From Planctomycetota bacterium (lineage in GTDB: Bacteria; Planctomycetota; PLA2; JAEUHO01): DNA of 64,000 nt. The stretch covers positions 64,001 to 128,000 of the forward strand of contig CBDCWP010000030.1 of assembly GCA_965223505.1 (NCBI GenBank), in the 5' to 3' direction. Below are positions 37,830 through 47,103 of the stretch, piece by piece. Below the pieces are notes generated by a model. It did no database searches and was not told the DNA's origin. It worked only from the letters and a program-made list of their open reading frames with translations. A program made the translations under genes and the position numbers. Every line of letters begins with the position of its first letter. Within the stretch, counting starts at the first letter, position 1.

Positions 37830-38225
37830 TTAGCGAACGGTACCGGTCTTGCCTTCGTCGTCCGCGGCTTCGAGGCGGCGGTCGGCAAGCCACCCTTCTT
37901 GCTCCTTCGTGCGATCCGCTTCCATCAGGTTCTTGCGGCGCTCGTCGATCTGCTCCTTGCGCTCTTCTTGCTCCTGGAGCAGCTCCCATTCCTTCGCAGT
38001 CTTCCCGCTTCCGCCACGACCGCCGCGGTTGCCTCGTCCCTGACCGGTGCGGCCCATGCCGCCGCGTCCACCGCGTCCGCTGCGACCGCCGCCGCTGCGT
38101 CCTCCGCCGCTGCGTCCGCCGCCGCTGCGGCCTCCGCCGCCGCGACCTCCGCGCGCAAAGGCATCGGCACCGAGGAACCCAACGAAGGCTGCAACCAGCA
38201 GACACCAACTCAGAATGCGCTTCAT
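37830..38225 (-). CDS. Small secreted Gly/Arg-rich protein
   Basis: Signal MKRILSWCLLVAAFVGFLGADAFA; RGG/GGGRS tract; charged helical tail. Confidence 0.75.
   Translation of the reverse strand: MKRILSWCLLVAAFVGFLGADAFARGGRGGGGRSGGGRSGGGRSGGGRSGRGGRGGMGRTGQGRGNRGGRGGSGKTAKEWELLQEQEERKEQIDERRKNLMEADRTKEQEGWLADRRLEAADDEGKTGTVR
38079..38138. repeat. 4 x 15-bp tandem repeat encoding GGGRS
   Basis: gctgcgNccNccgcc x4; variation only at synonymous positions. Confidence 0.85.
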
Positions 38226-38276
38226 GGCAGTTTGCTCCGGTCAGGTCGACAGATCGACCCGCCTATCTTACGGACT

Positions 38277-38293
38277 GCGCCCCTGCGGGGCGC
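38277..38293. repeat. Short intergenic palindrome (REP-like)
   Basis: GCGCCCC-tgc-GGGGCGC. Confidence 0.35.
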
Positions 38294-38375
38294 GCCTCCG
38301 TACATGAAATTCCCACTCATCTGGTTACCCAGGAACCACGGGGGGATCGACTTTGGGCCCGAATCGGCTCCTGCA

Positions 38376-39563
38376 TCAGCCTTCCAGCAGCTCGGGATTC
38401 TTGTCGAGCGCCTCGTTGAGCTTCTGAATCGCCTTGTCGCGGCCCTTCTGCGAGCCTTTCGGCTTGAAGCCGAAGTCCTTGCCCAACAGCGCCTTGACGA
38501 TGTCCCTTCCGTCCTCACGCACGCTCTCGTGAGGTGAGTACAGCAGATCCTGGACGGCGCGCACCGCCTTCTTCGGACCGGTCATCAGCGCTTCTTTGGC
38601 GGCCACGCGAAGTTCGGGCTTCTCGTCCACATCGCCGACGAGCTTCACCAGACCACGCGTCGCCTTCGCCTTTCCGTTCTTGTGATCGTCGAGCAGCTGC
38701 TGCGTCTCTTCGTCGAAACCGCTTTCGGTGCCCGCCTCTTCGACACGCAGCTCCAGGCCCTGCTCCTTCATCCAGTCCTTCGACAAGACGCCGGTCACGA
38801 CGACGTTGTCGAAGCGCGCCTGACCCTTGATGGCGTAGAAGCCGAAGTACATCTTCTTGAGCTTCTTGCCGCGATCCTTGTCGGCCATCTCCGCGCCCGG
38901 TGTATTGAAGAAGAGCTTCTTCTTCCGCAAGCCGAAGGAGACCTCGAACGACTTGCCGAGTTGGAGCTTCTCCTTGGGCGTTCGGCGCTGGCCGTATCGG
39001 AACCCGATGAAGTCCTTCGTGGCGCCGGACTCGCGCCACTGATCACCGAACTTGATGATGCTGTCCGTGCCGCCTTTGCTGTTGTCCCACGCGTGGAAGA
39101 ACGTCTCCGTCAGCGTGAATGTGGCCCAGTCATTGCCGCCACCCGCTGGTTCGAGCCACCCACCGATGTCCTTCTCGGCGAACGGCGTCACACTCACGGT
39201 GACCGTGATCTCCTTGTCCCACTCGGCGATGTGCCGCGCGCCGGCGTTTCCGACGACCTCGAGCTTGCCGTCGAACCACTTGATGCACTGGTCTTTGCGG
39301 GCCTTGATGGGCCAGGGCACGGACTCCTGGAAGTCGGCCAGCTGCGACTTCTTGCGGAAGTCGTACTTGATCGTGACTTCCTTCGTCTTCTCGTCGATGG
39401 ACACCTGCCCCTTGAAGAACTTGTCGAGTGGCCGGCCGCCCTCGGCGTGCGCCTGCGGCAGCGGGCCCAACCCCGCGGCCGGAAGGACCAGCAAGCCCAG
39501 AACGAACACGACCCATACCGCAGTCGGGATTCGCCCGGTTCGGGCGCGGCTCTTGCGATACAC
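38376..39563 (-). CDS. Hypothetical exported protein, beta-rich N-domain and HEAT-like C-terminus
   Basis: GGAG then GTG; signal ending AHA; LLYSPHESVREDG. Confidence 0.7.
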   Translation of the reverse strand: MYRKSRARTGRIPTAVWVVFVLGLLVLPAAGLGPLPQAHAEGGRPLDKFFKGQVSIDEKTKEVTIKYDFRKKSQLADFQESVPWPIKARKDQCIKWFDGKLEVVGNAGARHIAEWDKEITVTVSVTPFAEKDIGGWLEPAGGGNDWATFTLTETFFHAWDNSKGGTDSIIKFGDQWRESGATKDFIGFRYGQRRTPKEKLQLGKSFEVSFGLRKKKLFFNTPGAEMADKDRGKKLKKMYFGFYAIKGQARFDNVVVTGVLSKDWMKEQGLELRVEEAGTESGFDEETQQLLDDHKNGKAKATRGLVKLVGDVDEKPELRVAAKEALMTGPKKAVRAVQDLLYSPHESVREDGRDIVKALLGKDFGFKPKGSQKGRDKAIQKLNEALDKNPELLEG

Positions 39564-39658
39564 CAAGGACTCCCTTCCGTGAGAGCGGCCCAACGCTCCC
39601 GCAAACAACGGGGAACACCCCGTTAGATTGACGCACGATGAGCCGTGGAGGTTCGGTG

Positions 39659-40792
39659 ATGGTACCCGGCAGGCCAAAAGGCCCGAAACCCTGGTTCCCA
39701 CTGCCGGGGCGGCCCCCGCGCTTCCTGATCGTGCGCCTATCGGCGCTGGGGGACGTTCTCCACGCGCTGCCGGTGCTCAGCGGCCTGCGGGCGCGATTCC
39801 CGAAGGCGCGCATCGACTGGGTCGTGGAGGACCGCGCGGCCGATCTCTTGCGCCACCGAGCGGACGTCGACCGCGTCGTCGTCTATCCGCGCCGGTCGAT
39901 TTCCGGGGCGCTCAAGGGGGTCCCCAACCCGATCCGATTCGGGATCGAGACCACGCGGTTCCTGAAGACGCTGCGGGCCGGTGAGTACGACGTCGCCATC
40001 GATCTGCAGGGCAACCTCAAGTCGGGCGTCATCACCCGGCTTTCCGGATCGCAGCTTCGATACGGCTTCGGCCGCGGCGCGTCGCGCGAGGCCAATCACC
40101 TGTTCACGACGCGTCGCTGGTCCCCGCCGCCTTCCCTTCGGCATCGCGTCGAGCGCAACCTGGGGCTCGTGTCGGCGCTCTTGGGCGAGTCGCTTCCCTA
40201 CGTCTTGCCTGGATTTCCGGTGCCGCCGGAGGAAACCCGCTCTGCGCGTGAGCTCGTCGCGTCACTCGGTGTGAACGGCGACGGCTACGTCGTGCTGCAC
40301 CCGGGTACGAGCGGCTTCGGCTCGTTCAAGCGCTGGCCGCCGGAGCGCTTCGGCGCGCTCGCACGCCGGCTTGCGGAGTCGGGCCTCGACGTGGTCGTCA
40401 CGCACAGTCCCGCTGAAGATGACCTCGCGGCGCAGGTGGTGGACGCCTCGGACCGGGCGGCCAAGTCGCTTCGAACGCCGAGCCTCGCCGTGCTCGCGGA
40501 GGTAACGCGCGACGCACGTGCGTTCGTCGGCGCGGACACCGGGCCGCTTCATCTGGCGGGACTGGTCGGGACGCCGCTGTTGGGACTGTTCGGACCCAAG
40601 GATCCCGCCGTCTACGGGCCCTACGGCGTACGCGCCGACGGATCGACGGGCGTGCTGTCGACGCTCACGCGGAACGACGTGGCGTGCCGGCCGTGCACCT
40701 TGCGGCGCTGCGCGGATCCGCTGTGCATGCGAACGATGGCGCCGGACGACGTGGAAGAGGCGCTACGAGCGGTGCTCTCCGCAGAAACCTAG
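39659..40792 (+). CDS. GT9 LPS heptosyltransferase (WaaC/WaaF-like)
   Basis: IVRLSALGDV, IDLQGNLKS, HPGTS..KRWP, GADTGPLHLA, LFGP. Confidence 0.93.
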   Translation: MVPGRPKGPKPWFPLPGRPPRFLIVRLSALGDVLHALPVLSGLRARFPKARIDWVVEDRAADLLRHRADVDRVVVYPRRSISGALKGVPNPIRFGIETTRFLKTLRAGEYDVAIDLQGNLKSGVITRLSGSQLRYGFGRGASREANHLFTTRRWSPPPSLRHRVERNLGLVSALLGESLPYVLPGFPVPPEETRSARELVASLGVNGDGYVVLHPGTSGFGSFKRWPPERFGALARRLAESGLDVVVTHSPAEDDLAAQVVDASDRAAKSLRTPSLAVLAEVTRDARAFVGADTGPLHLAGLVGTPLLGLFGPKDPAVYGPYGVRADGSTGVLSTLTRNDVACRPCTLRRCADPLCMRTMAPDDVEEALRAVLSAET

Positions 40793-40800
40793 CTGGTCCC

Positions 40801-41229
40801 TCACACCGGAAGCGAGCCCGGCTGAAGTTCCAGCTCGACGCCCTTCGGCCCGAGCTTGATCACGTGGGTCTCGGCGTCGCAGTTCTTCAGAATGATCCGG
40901 TCGACCTTGTTGCCGTCCACGATCGTCCCGTTGGACGAGAGGTTCGTGAGCTCGACCATGTCGGGCGCCAGGTAGGAGATGCGGACGTGCTGACGGCTGA
41001 CGGATCGAAACGCGAGGCTCTTGCGGATGCCGTCGCGTCGTTGCGGTGATCCGCCGAGGTACGCGGGCGCGCGCTTGAGCGACCAATCGCAGTGCCGGCT
41101 GCGGCCGCAGACGATCGTCTCTCCCATGCTGAGCTTGAGGTTCTCGCCGGCGCCGAGCTCCCCGATGCCCTTGAGCGACAGGAACCGCCGGCTGTCGTAA
41201 CCGTTCTCTTGGGGTTTGACTTCGATCAT
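40801..41229 (-). CDS. FHA domain protein
   Basis: GRSRHCD, SVSRQH, LSSNGT. Confidence 0.85.
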   Translation of the reverse strand: MIEVKPQENGYDSRRFLSLKGIGELGAGENLKLSMGETIVCGRSRHCDWSLKRAPAYLGGSPQRRDGIRKSLAFRSVSRQHVRISYLAPDMVELTNLSSNGTIVDGNKVDRIILKNCDAETHVIKLGPKGVELELQPGSLPV

Positions 41230-41362
41230 CACTGACTCCGTCCGACGACGCGCAACCCCGTGCGCCGCGGCTCTTCGCGTACCCACAGTCTGCCAGATTG
41301 TTGGGCGCCTGCGGCCCGATCCGGACGAACTGAACGAACCAAGTGTTGGACGCCCCTGAACC

Positions 41363-44300
41363 TCATTTCTTCTCCCCAACCTCGCTTGTCTTCTCCTTGG
41401 CTTCCTGCGCCCGCCGCCAGGCGGGATGAATGGCGCCGGTCAGCCGCAGGTCGTCGATGATCATCGGGGTCCACGTCAGGATCTGCAGCAGGCCCGTGCC
41501 CTTGCTCATCCGGAGGCCCGCACGCTGCGTGCCGGAACCGACCTTCCGCCACTCGGACCGCTGGATGGTGTACACGTTTTGGAAGGTCGGTTCCGCCACG
41601 CCCTTCGGTTCGTTGGCGACCCAGAGCTCCAGCTTGTCCACGTTGCGCACGATGCGGATGCGCCCGCGGAACGCCGGCGGCAACGCGAACAGCTCGGGCT
41701 TGAGGCTGCCGTCGAGCGGGTCGGTCTGCCTGCTCCAGCGCTCGAAGTGCCGGCCTTGGTGCTTGTCTTGCCAGTGCCACTTGTCGCCGTTCCACAACTT
41801 GCCGAACCCCGGGCCGTCGTGATAGCCGATTCCGCGGCCGCGGCCGTAGTAGTCCACCAGCGTCTTGCCGTCCTTCCCGAGCTGCTCGAGCGAGAGCGGG
41901 ATGCGCCAGGCGGGATGGAAGTTCGGGTCGGCCGAGACGATTGCGAGTTGCACGCCGTCGATGTCGAACGCGAGCACCACCGAGCCGCCGAGAAGGTTGA
42001 CCGAAAACTCCAGGGAGATCTCGTAGCCCGGATCGAACATCGACTCGATCGACAACGGACGGCCTCGCCGAAGGCCCGGCTCGCCGGCGAGCAGGTGCAG
42101 GTAGCGCTCGGTCACCGGATCGGGCGACACGACCGCGCCGGCCTCGAGCTCGAGCCGCCCGAGCACGTGCTTGAAGTTCTTCATCTGCTCGGCGTCGTCG
42201 AAATTGACCAGGATCTCGACCCGCTTCTTGCCGTCGAGTGCCGGGGGTGCGGCCTTGGGAATGAAGCCCCGCAACCACAGCGCGAGCTTGTTGTTCTCCA
42301 GCTCCGCGTTGCATTGGCGCAGCAGCTGTTCTGCGCTCTCTCGGAACTTCTCCTTCGCTTCGGTCTCGAAGGGGTCGTCCAGGAACGCCTCGAACTTCCG
42401 CTTGGCGGTGTACCAGGAGTCTTCGCCGTGCAGCGCCTTTCCGGCGCGATAGTTGTCGAACGCCAGGCTCTCACGTTCGTCCTGAAGCCCGCGCAGCCTC
42501 TGGTAGTTGCGGTCGACGTACTTCGACCAGACGCCGAGATAGTCCGCTTTGGCCATCGCCGCCTGGATCCTGCCATAGTCCCGGAGCGCCGGGCGCAGGT
42601 CCTTCGCAGCGGCGTCGACCGGCTCGACCAGCGCGACGTCGATGATCAGGAGGGACTGTTTGTCGATGGGCCGCTTCGTCGCCCAGTTGCGCAGCTGTTG
42701 GAGCGGGAAGTCGCGTTCCAGCTCGAAGGTCTGGGTGCTCTTGGATGAGCCGCGTCCCCAGGTCGCGACGACGGTCCGGTCGTCGCCGCCGACGGACTGA
42801 ACGCGAAACTTCTGGACCGTGATCACGCTGCCGTTCGGCAGCCGTCGCTTCACGTCGGACGGCTCCGCATCGACCTGCGTCTTGACGTACTCGAATGCGG
42901 CGGCGAACACCTGCTCGAGCGCGTCGGACGCGGTACTCAGCTGATCGATCAACGCGCGGCGCGGCCAGGCGTTGGGGTCGTCGCTCGCGCGCTGCACCGA
43001 ACGCTCGATGCCATCGCGGTCCCCGGCTCGCAAGGCCTCCAAGACGTCACTCAACGTCCGCTCGAAGAGCGACTCCGCCGACTGAACGGCGATCTTGTGG
43101 CGGCTGAGCAGGCCGCTGAGCCGCACCTTCGCCTCGAACGCCTCCTCGGGATACATGCCCCAGCGCTCGAGGTCGCGGATGAACTTCTCGAGCATGTCGC
43201 GGGCCTCGCTCACCGCGTGGTCGGCATGCTTCTCCTCGAGCCGATCGATGTCCTGCTTGCGATCGCTCCACTGCGCTCGGAACTGGTCGTCGACGTCCCG
43301 CTCCAGCTTGTTCGTGATGCGCGTAACGTGGCCGGTGCGCTCGTCGCGCGCGTCGAGCGTCTCCAGCTTGCGCCAGTGAACGTGCGGTCCCCACAAGGCG
43401 CGGACCACCCTGCGCAGCGCCGTCACGTCGTCGAGAAGATCGGCGCGCAGCTTTCCGGCCTGATACGCGTCGAACGCGCGCTTGACGTGATCGGGCGTGT
43501 ACGCCTCGAGGAGTCGCTCGACCTCTCGTTCGATGTCACGCGCGGCCTTGGCAAGGGCCCTGGCGGTGCGCCGGTGGGTATCGAGCTCCGCGCGGGGTTC
43601 GGGCAGCCTGGGCGTGATGAACTCGTCGTTCAAAATGCCATCATCTTTGCTGGCGAGGCTCGTCCAGATCGCGACGAACTCCGCGAGATTGGAGGCGCCC
43701 CGGCTCTCGGCGCGTCGTACGAGTCCGCGCCAGGTGATGATCGAGTTGTACCGGATCCGCTCCTCGAGCTTGGCACTCGCAGAGAGCACCGGCCCCTGGG
43801 GCCGGTGTTGGACTTGATGCTCCAGACAGCGCTTCAGTGCGGAGTTGAACTTGAACTTGCCGAGCAGGTCATTGCACTCCGCCTCGATCTTGGCAAAGAG
43901 CTGGAATTGCCGCTGTAGCCCTTCGAGCTCTTTGATGCGTTCCTCGAGCTGCTGCGTATCCGGGGCGGAGATGCCGTGCTCGCTCTTGATCTCCTGGATC
44001 CGACGAAGCGCCCGACGGGCGTCGTCAAGCTTGCGATCGATCTCGGCCGCCGAATCGTCGTTCTCCGCCTCCGCGAGCTCGGCGGCAGGCTCTTGTATGT
44101 CCTGCGCGGTCCGGTGAGCGTCCTGCTTCTCGAAGTGGTCTTGCAGCATCGCCGCTCCGAGGCCGGCAATCAGGAGCGTGACCGCCGTAATGCCCGCGAT
44201 ACGCATGCGCTTCTTGTTGCGCCGGCGCAGCAGAAACGCTTCCCAGTTCCCCTGGAACCCTTCGGGGATGATCGATCGTCCGCCGACGATCTCGTCCACG

Positions 44301-45307
44301 TCGTCGACGACCTGCGCAGGCGTTTGATACCGAAGCGTCGGGTCCTTGAGCATCATGCGCTCGACGAGATAGCCCGTCTCCGGGCTGATCCGCTGGTTGC
44401 GCGCCCGGACCGGGGTGGGCTGCTCGTACAAGACCTTCGTGAGAATCTCCGCGAGGGTCGCGCCCTTGAAGGGCGGCCGCCCGGTCAGCATCGCGTAGAG
44501 CGTGGCGCCCAGACTGTAGATGTCGCTGCGGGTGTCGGCCTTGCGTGGATCTTCCGCCTGCTCGGGCGAGATGAACTGCGGCGTTCCCACCGTCGCGCCA
44601 TGCTGCGTCAGCTCGAGATCGACGGGCCCTTTCGCGAGTCCCAGGTCCATGAGCTTGGGCTCGCCGCCGCGCTTCGACATGAGCACGTTTCCGGGCTTGA
44701 CGTCGCGGTGGACGACGCCCATGCGACGCGCGCGCTCGAGCGCGTCCGCGAGCGCGCGCGCGATGCGCAGCGCCTCGTTCTCTGAGAGCGGGCCTTCGCG
44801 GTTGATGCGGTCGCGCAGCGTCTCGCCCTCGACGTACTCCATGACGACGTACGGGAAGCCGTTGCTCTCGCCGGCATCCAGGGCACGAACGATGTTGGGG
44901 TGATCGAGGCTGGCGAGGATCGACGCCTCGCTCTTCAGACGCTCGACGTGCGTCTTCTCGGAGATCAGCTCACGACGCAAGATCTTGATCGCGACGACGC
45001 GATGCAGGTTGAGGTGAATCGCCTTGTAGACGGTTCCCATCGCGCCGCGTCCGATCTTCTCGACGAGGCGGTAGCCCGCAATCTGCGTTTGCCGGCCCTC
45101 GGGCTCGATCAGCGCGTAGACCTGCTTCGCCTGCTCCTCGGCGAGCCATCCGCGCTTCACGAGGATGACCGCGAGCCGCTCGTCGATCTTGAGGTCCTCT
45201 GTCATGCGCTTCTGCAGCATGAAGGCCTCTTCGATCTGGGCCTCCGTAACGAAGCCGCGGCTCTGCGCCTCCTGAGCAAACAGGAAGTCCTCGTTGCGCA
45301 CGGTCAT
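41363..45307 (-). CDS. Membrane Hanks-type Ser/Thr kinase with large extracytoplasmic region
   Basis: GRGAMG, VAIK, HRDVKPGN, DLG, GTPQFISPEQ, DIYSLG; TM IAGITAVTLLIAGLGAAML. Confidence 0.95.
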   Translation of the reverse strand: MTVRNEDFLFAQEAQSRGFVTEAQIEEAFMLQKRMTEDLKIDERLAVILVKRGWLAEEQAKQVYALIEPEGRQTQIAGYRLVEKIGRGAMGTVYKAIHLNLHRVVAIKILRRELISEKTHVERLKSEASILASLDHPNIVRALDAGESNGFPYVVMEYVEGETLRDRINREGPLSENEALRIARALADALERARRMGVVHRDVKPGNVLMSKRGGEPKLMDLGLAKGPVDLELTQHGATVGTPQFISPEQAEDPRKADTRSDIYSLGATLYAMLTGRPPFKGATLAEILTKVLYEQPTPVRARNQRISPETGYLVERMMLKDPTLRYQTPAQVVDDVDEIVGGRSIIPEGFQGNWEAFLLRRRNKKRMRIAGITAVTLLIAGLGAAMLQDHFEKQDAHRTAQDIQEPAAELAEAENDDSAAEIDRKLDDARRALRRIQEIKSEHGISAPDTQQLEERIKELEGLQRQFQLFAKIEAECNDLLGKFKFNSALKRCLEHQVQHRPQGPVLSASAKLEERIRYNSIITWRGLVRRAESRGASNLAEFVAIWTSLASKDDGILNDEFITPRLPEPRAELDTHRRTARALAKAARDIEREVERLLEAYTPDHVKRAFDAYQAGKLRADLLDDVTALRRVVRALWGPHVHWRKLETLDARDERTGHVTRITNKLERDVDDQFRAQWSDRKQDIDRLEEKHADHAVSEARDMLEKFIRDLERWGMYPEEAFEAKVRLSGLLSRHKIAVQSAESLFERTLSDVLEALRAGDRDGIERSVQRASDDPNAWPRRALIDQLSTASDALEQVFAAAFEYVKTQVDAEPSDVKRRLPNGSVITVQKFRVQSVGGDDRTVVATWGRGSSKSTQTFELERDFPLQQLRNWATKRPIDKQSLLIIDVALVEPVDAAAKDLRPALRDYGRIQAAMAKADYLGVWSKYVDRNYQRLRGLQDERESLAFDNYRAGKALHGEDSWYTAKRKFEAFLDDPFETEAKEKFRESAEQLLRQCNAELENNKLALWLRGFIPKAAPPALDGKKRVEILVNFDDAEQMKNFKHVLGRLELEAGAVVSPDPVTERYLHLLAGEPGLRRGRPLSIESMFDPGYEISLEFSVNLLGGSVVLAFDIDGVQLAIVSADPNFHPAWRIPLSLEQLGKDGKTLVDYYGRGRGIGYHDGPGFGKLWNGDKWHWQDKHQGRHFERWSRQTDPLDGSLKPELFALPPAFRGRIRIVRNVDKLELWVANEPKGVAEPTFQNVYTIQRSEWRKVGSGTQRAGLRMSKGTGLLQILTWTPMIIDDLRLTGAIHPAWRRAQEAKEKTSEVGEKK

Positions 45308-47067
45308 CGGTCGAACACCATCGCGTCGTCGGGGCTCGCGACGCTCTTGCGCCAGCCACGGTCATGGCGGAACTCGACGCGTGAGAAGTAGGGATAGCGG
45401 TCCAAGTACGACTTCAGATACAGCTGCGCCTGCTGGTCTTTCTTGGGATCGCCGGGCGAACCCTTGGTGAGGGTCTTCAGGCCCCAGAACTCGAGCATGA
45501 ACTCGTTCACGCGATGCGCGCAGGCGTCGATCGGGTCCTTGGCAAGCAGTCCGTACTTGCAACGGAAGCTGTTCTCGACCGCTTCGAGGCCGGCCCTCGA
45601 GATGCGGTTGCTCGTGTTCGCCTTGATCTTCGGCGCCTCCTCTTCCAGAACGCGCTCGAGCGCGATCCGGCACGGCGCGTCCTTGGCCATCCCCGTCTTG
45701 ACCGCATCTTCCAACGCCTCAACGGCTTGCTCGCGAAGCTCCTTGTCTTCGATGCGACCGAGGTGCAGCGCACGCAGGAGGCCGACGGCGGCATGAAAAC
45801 GCACGTCCCAACCGCCGCCCTCGGCGCGCGGCCTCTCCGCCGGATCCCGGAGGTACTCGCGGACGGCTTCGATGCCCTGGCGCGTCCCGTGCTGCCCGGC
45901 GTGCAGCAGGCACATGGCGAGGACGGGCGGCGCGGCGCGGCGACCGCTGTTCCCGGCGGCAACGCGGATGGCCGCGTCGAGGAACCACCGTTCCTCGCAG
46001 AAGAGCAGCATCTGCGCGGCGGCGATCGCGATCTCCGTCTTGGTGCTCGGCGTCTCGGCGATGTGCCAGAGCCTCTTCCATTCGAGGATCTTCTGGAACT
46101 TCCAGATGCAGACCCCCATCGCGAACACGGCCTCGGGCCCCTGCTTCTGATGGGAGAGATCCGCGCGGGAGAGACGCTTGAGGATCAGGTCGCTGTTCCC
46201 GGTCCACTCCGGCGGTCGATCGATCAGCATCCCGACGGACAGCGCCAGTGCGGCCGCTCGCTTCATGTCGCTGCTGTCGTCGTCGAGCGCGTCGAAGAAG
46301 GGGTCGATGTGGGGTTCGCCGAGAAAGGCCAGCGTGAGCAAGTGCGCCCACGGCGTTACGGGATCCGCGACGACCTTCGGATTCCAGCGTTCGTTGAGAC
46401 GCTGCAGGGTCACGTCGCCTCCGCGCTTGGCGAGCGCCATCAGGGCCATCGCGCGTACCTGCGCATTGTCGTCCAGCACGCGTCGCAGCAACACGCGATC
46501 CGCCTTCTGAAGGCTCCTCTGCATGGCGCCGCTTCGGTCGGGGTTCAGAATGTCCGGGACGCGACGATACCGATCGCGGTCGACCCCCTCTCGCCAGTGG
46601 AAGCAGCCGAGCGCAAGGCAACCGACGGCGCGTTGCCACGGATCCATGCTGTCGGCGTCCGCGATCTTGATGAGTGGGTTGAGGGTCTCCCACAGCTCCG
46701 GCGCGGGACCGCGGCGGTCACGCAGCGCGGCAACGGTGAGCGCACTGTTGATGATCGCCGTGTGGTTCCCACCGACCAGCTCGTCGATGAGCGCAGGAAC
46801 GCTCCACACGTGGTACTGCCAGACCAACCGCTCGCGCGCGACCGGCGTCTTGTTCTGGTCAGCGAACGAGTTGGCGATGATCGCGCGGATGATCGGGTCG
46901 TGGTGCGCGTCGGGCTCGGGGAAGAAGATCTGGGGCGGCACAGGCTCGAAGTCGCGCTCGTCTTCGGCTGAGGCGGGCAGAGCGCAGAGGAAGATGATCG
47001 CGAGCGCGGCGAGTCCGCGGCCCGCGAGGCGTCGCGTCGGGAGCTGGCGACCGGTCGAAGCCCTCAC
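45304..47067 (-). CDS. Exported HEAT-repeat protein
   Basis: Signal ending ASA; DDNAQVRAMALMALA, DSSDMKRAAALAL, WDVRFHAAVGL; ATGA overlap with the kinase. Confidence 0.75.
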   Translation of the reverse strand: MRASTGRQLPTRRLAGRGLAALAIIFLCALPASAEDERDFEPVPPQIFFPEPDAHHDPIIRAIIANSFADQNKTPVARERLVWQYHVWSVPALIDELVGGNHTAIINSALTVAALRDRRGPAPELWETLNPLIKIADADSMDPWQRAVGCLALGCFHWREGVDRDRYRRVPDILNPDRSGAMQRSLQKADRVLLRRVLDDNAQVRAMALMALAKRGGDVTLQRLNERWNPKVVADPVTPWAHLLTLAFLGEPHIDPFFDALDDDSSDMKRAAALALSVGMLIDRPPEWTGNSDLILKRLSRADLSHQKQGPEAVFAMGVCIWKFQKILEWKRLWHIAETPSTKTEIAIAAAQMLLFCEERWFLDAAIRVAAGNSGRRAAPPVLAMCLLHAGQHGTRQGIEAVREYLRDPAERPRAEGGGWDVRFHAAVGLLRALHLGRIEDKELREQAVEALEDAVKTGMAKDAPCRIALERVLEEEAPKIKANTSNRISRAGLEAVENSFRCKYGLLAKDPIDACAHRVNEFMLEFWGLKTLTKGSPGDPKKDQQAQLYLKSYLDRYPYFSRVEFRHDRGWRKSVASPDDAMVFDR

Positions 47068-47103
47068 AACACTCCAGTCTATCGGACCCGCGCACCGGCG
47101 GGT

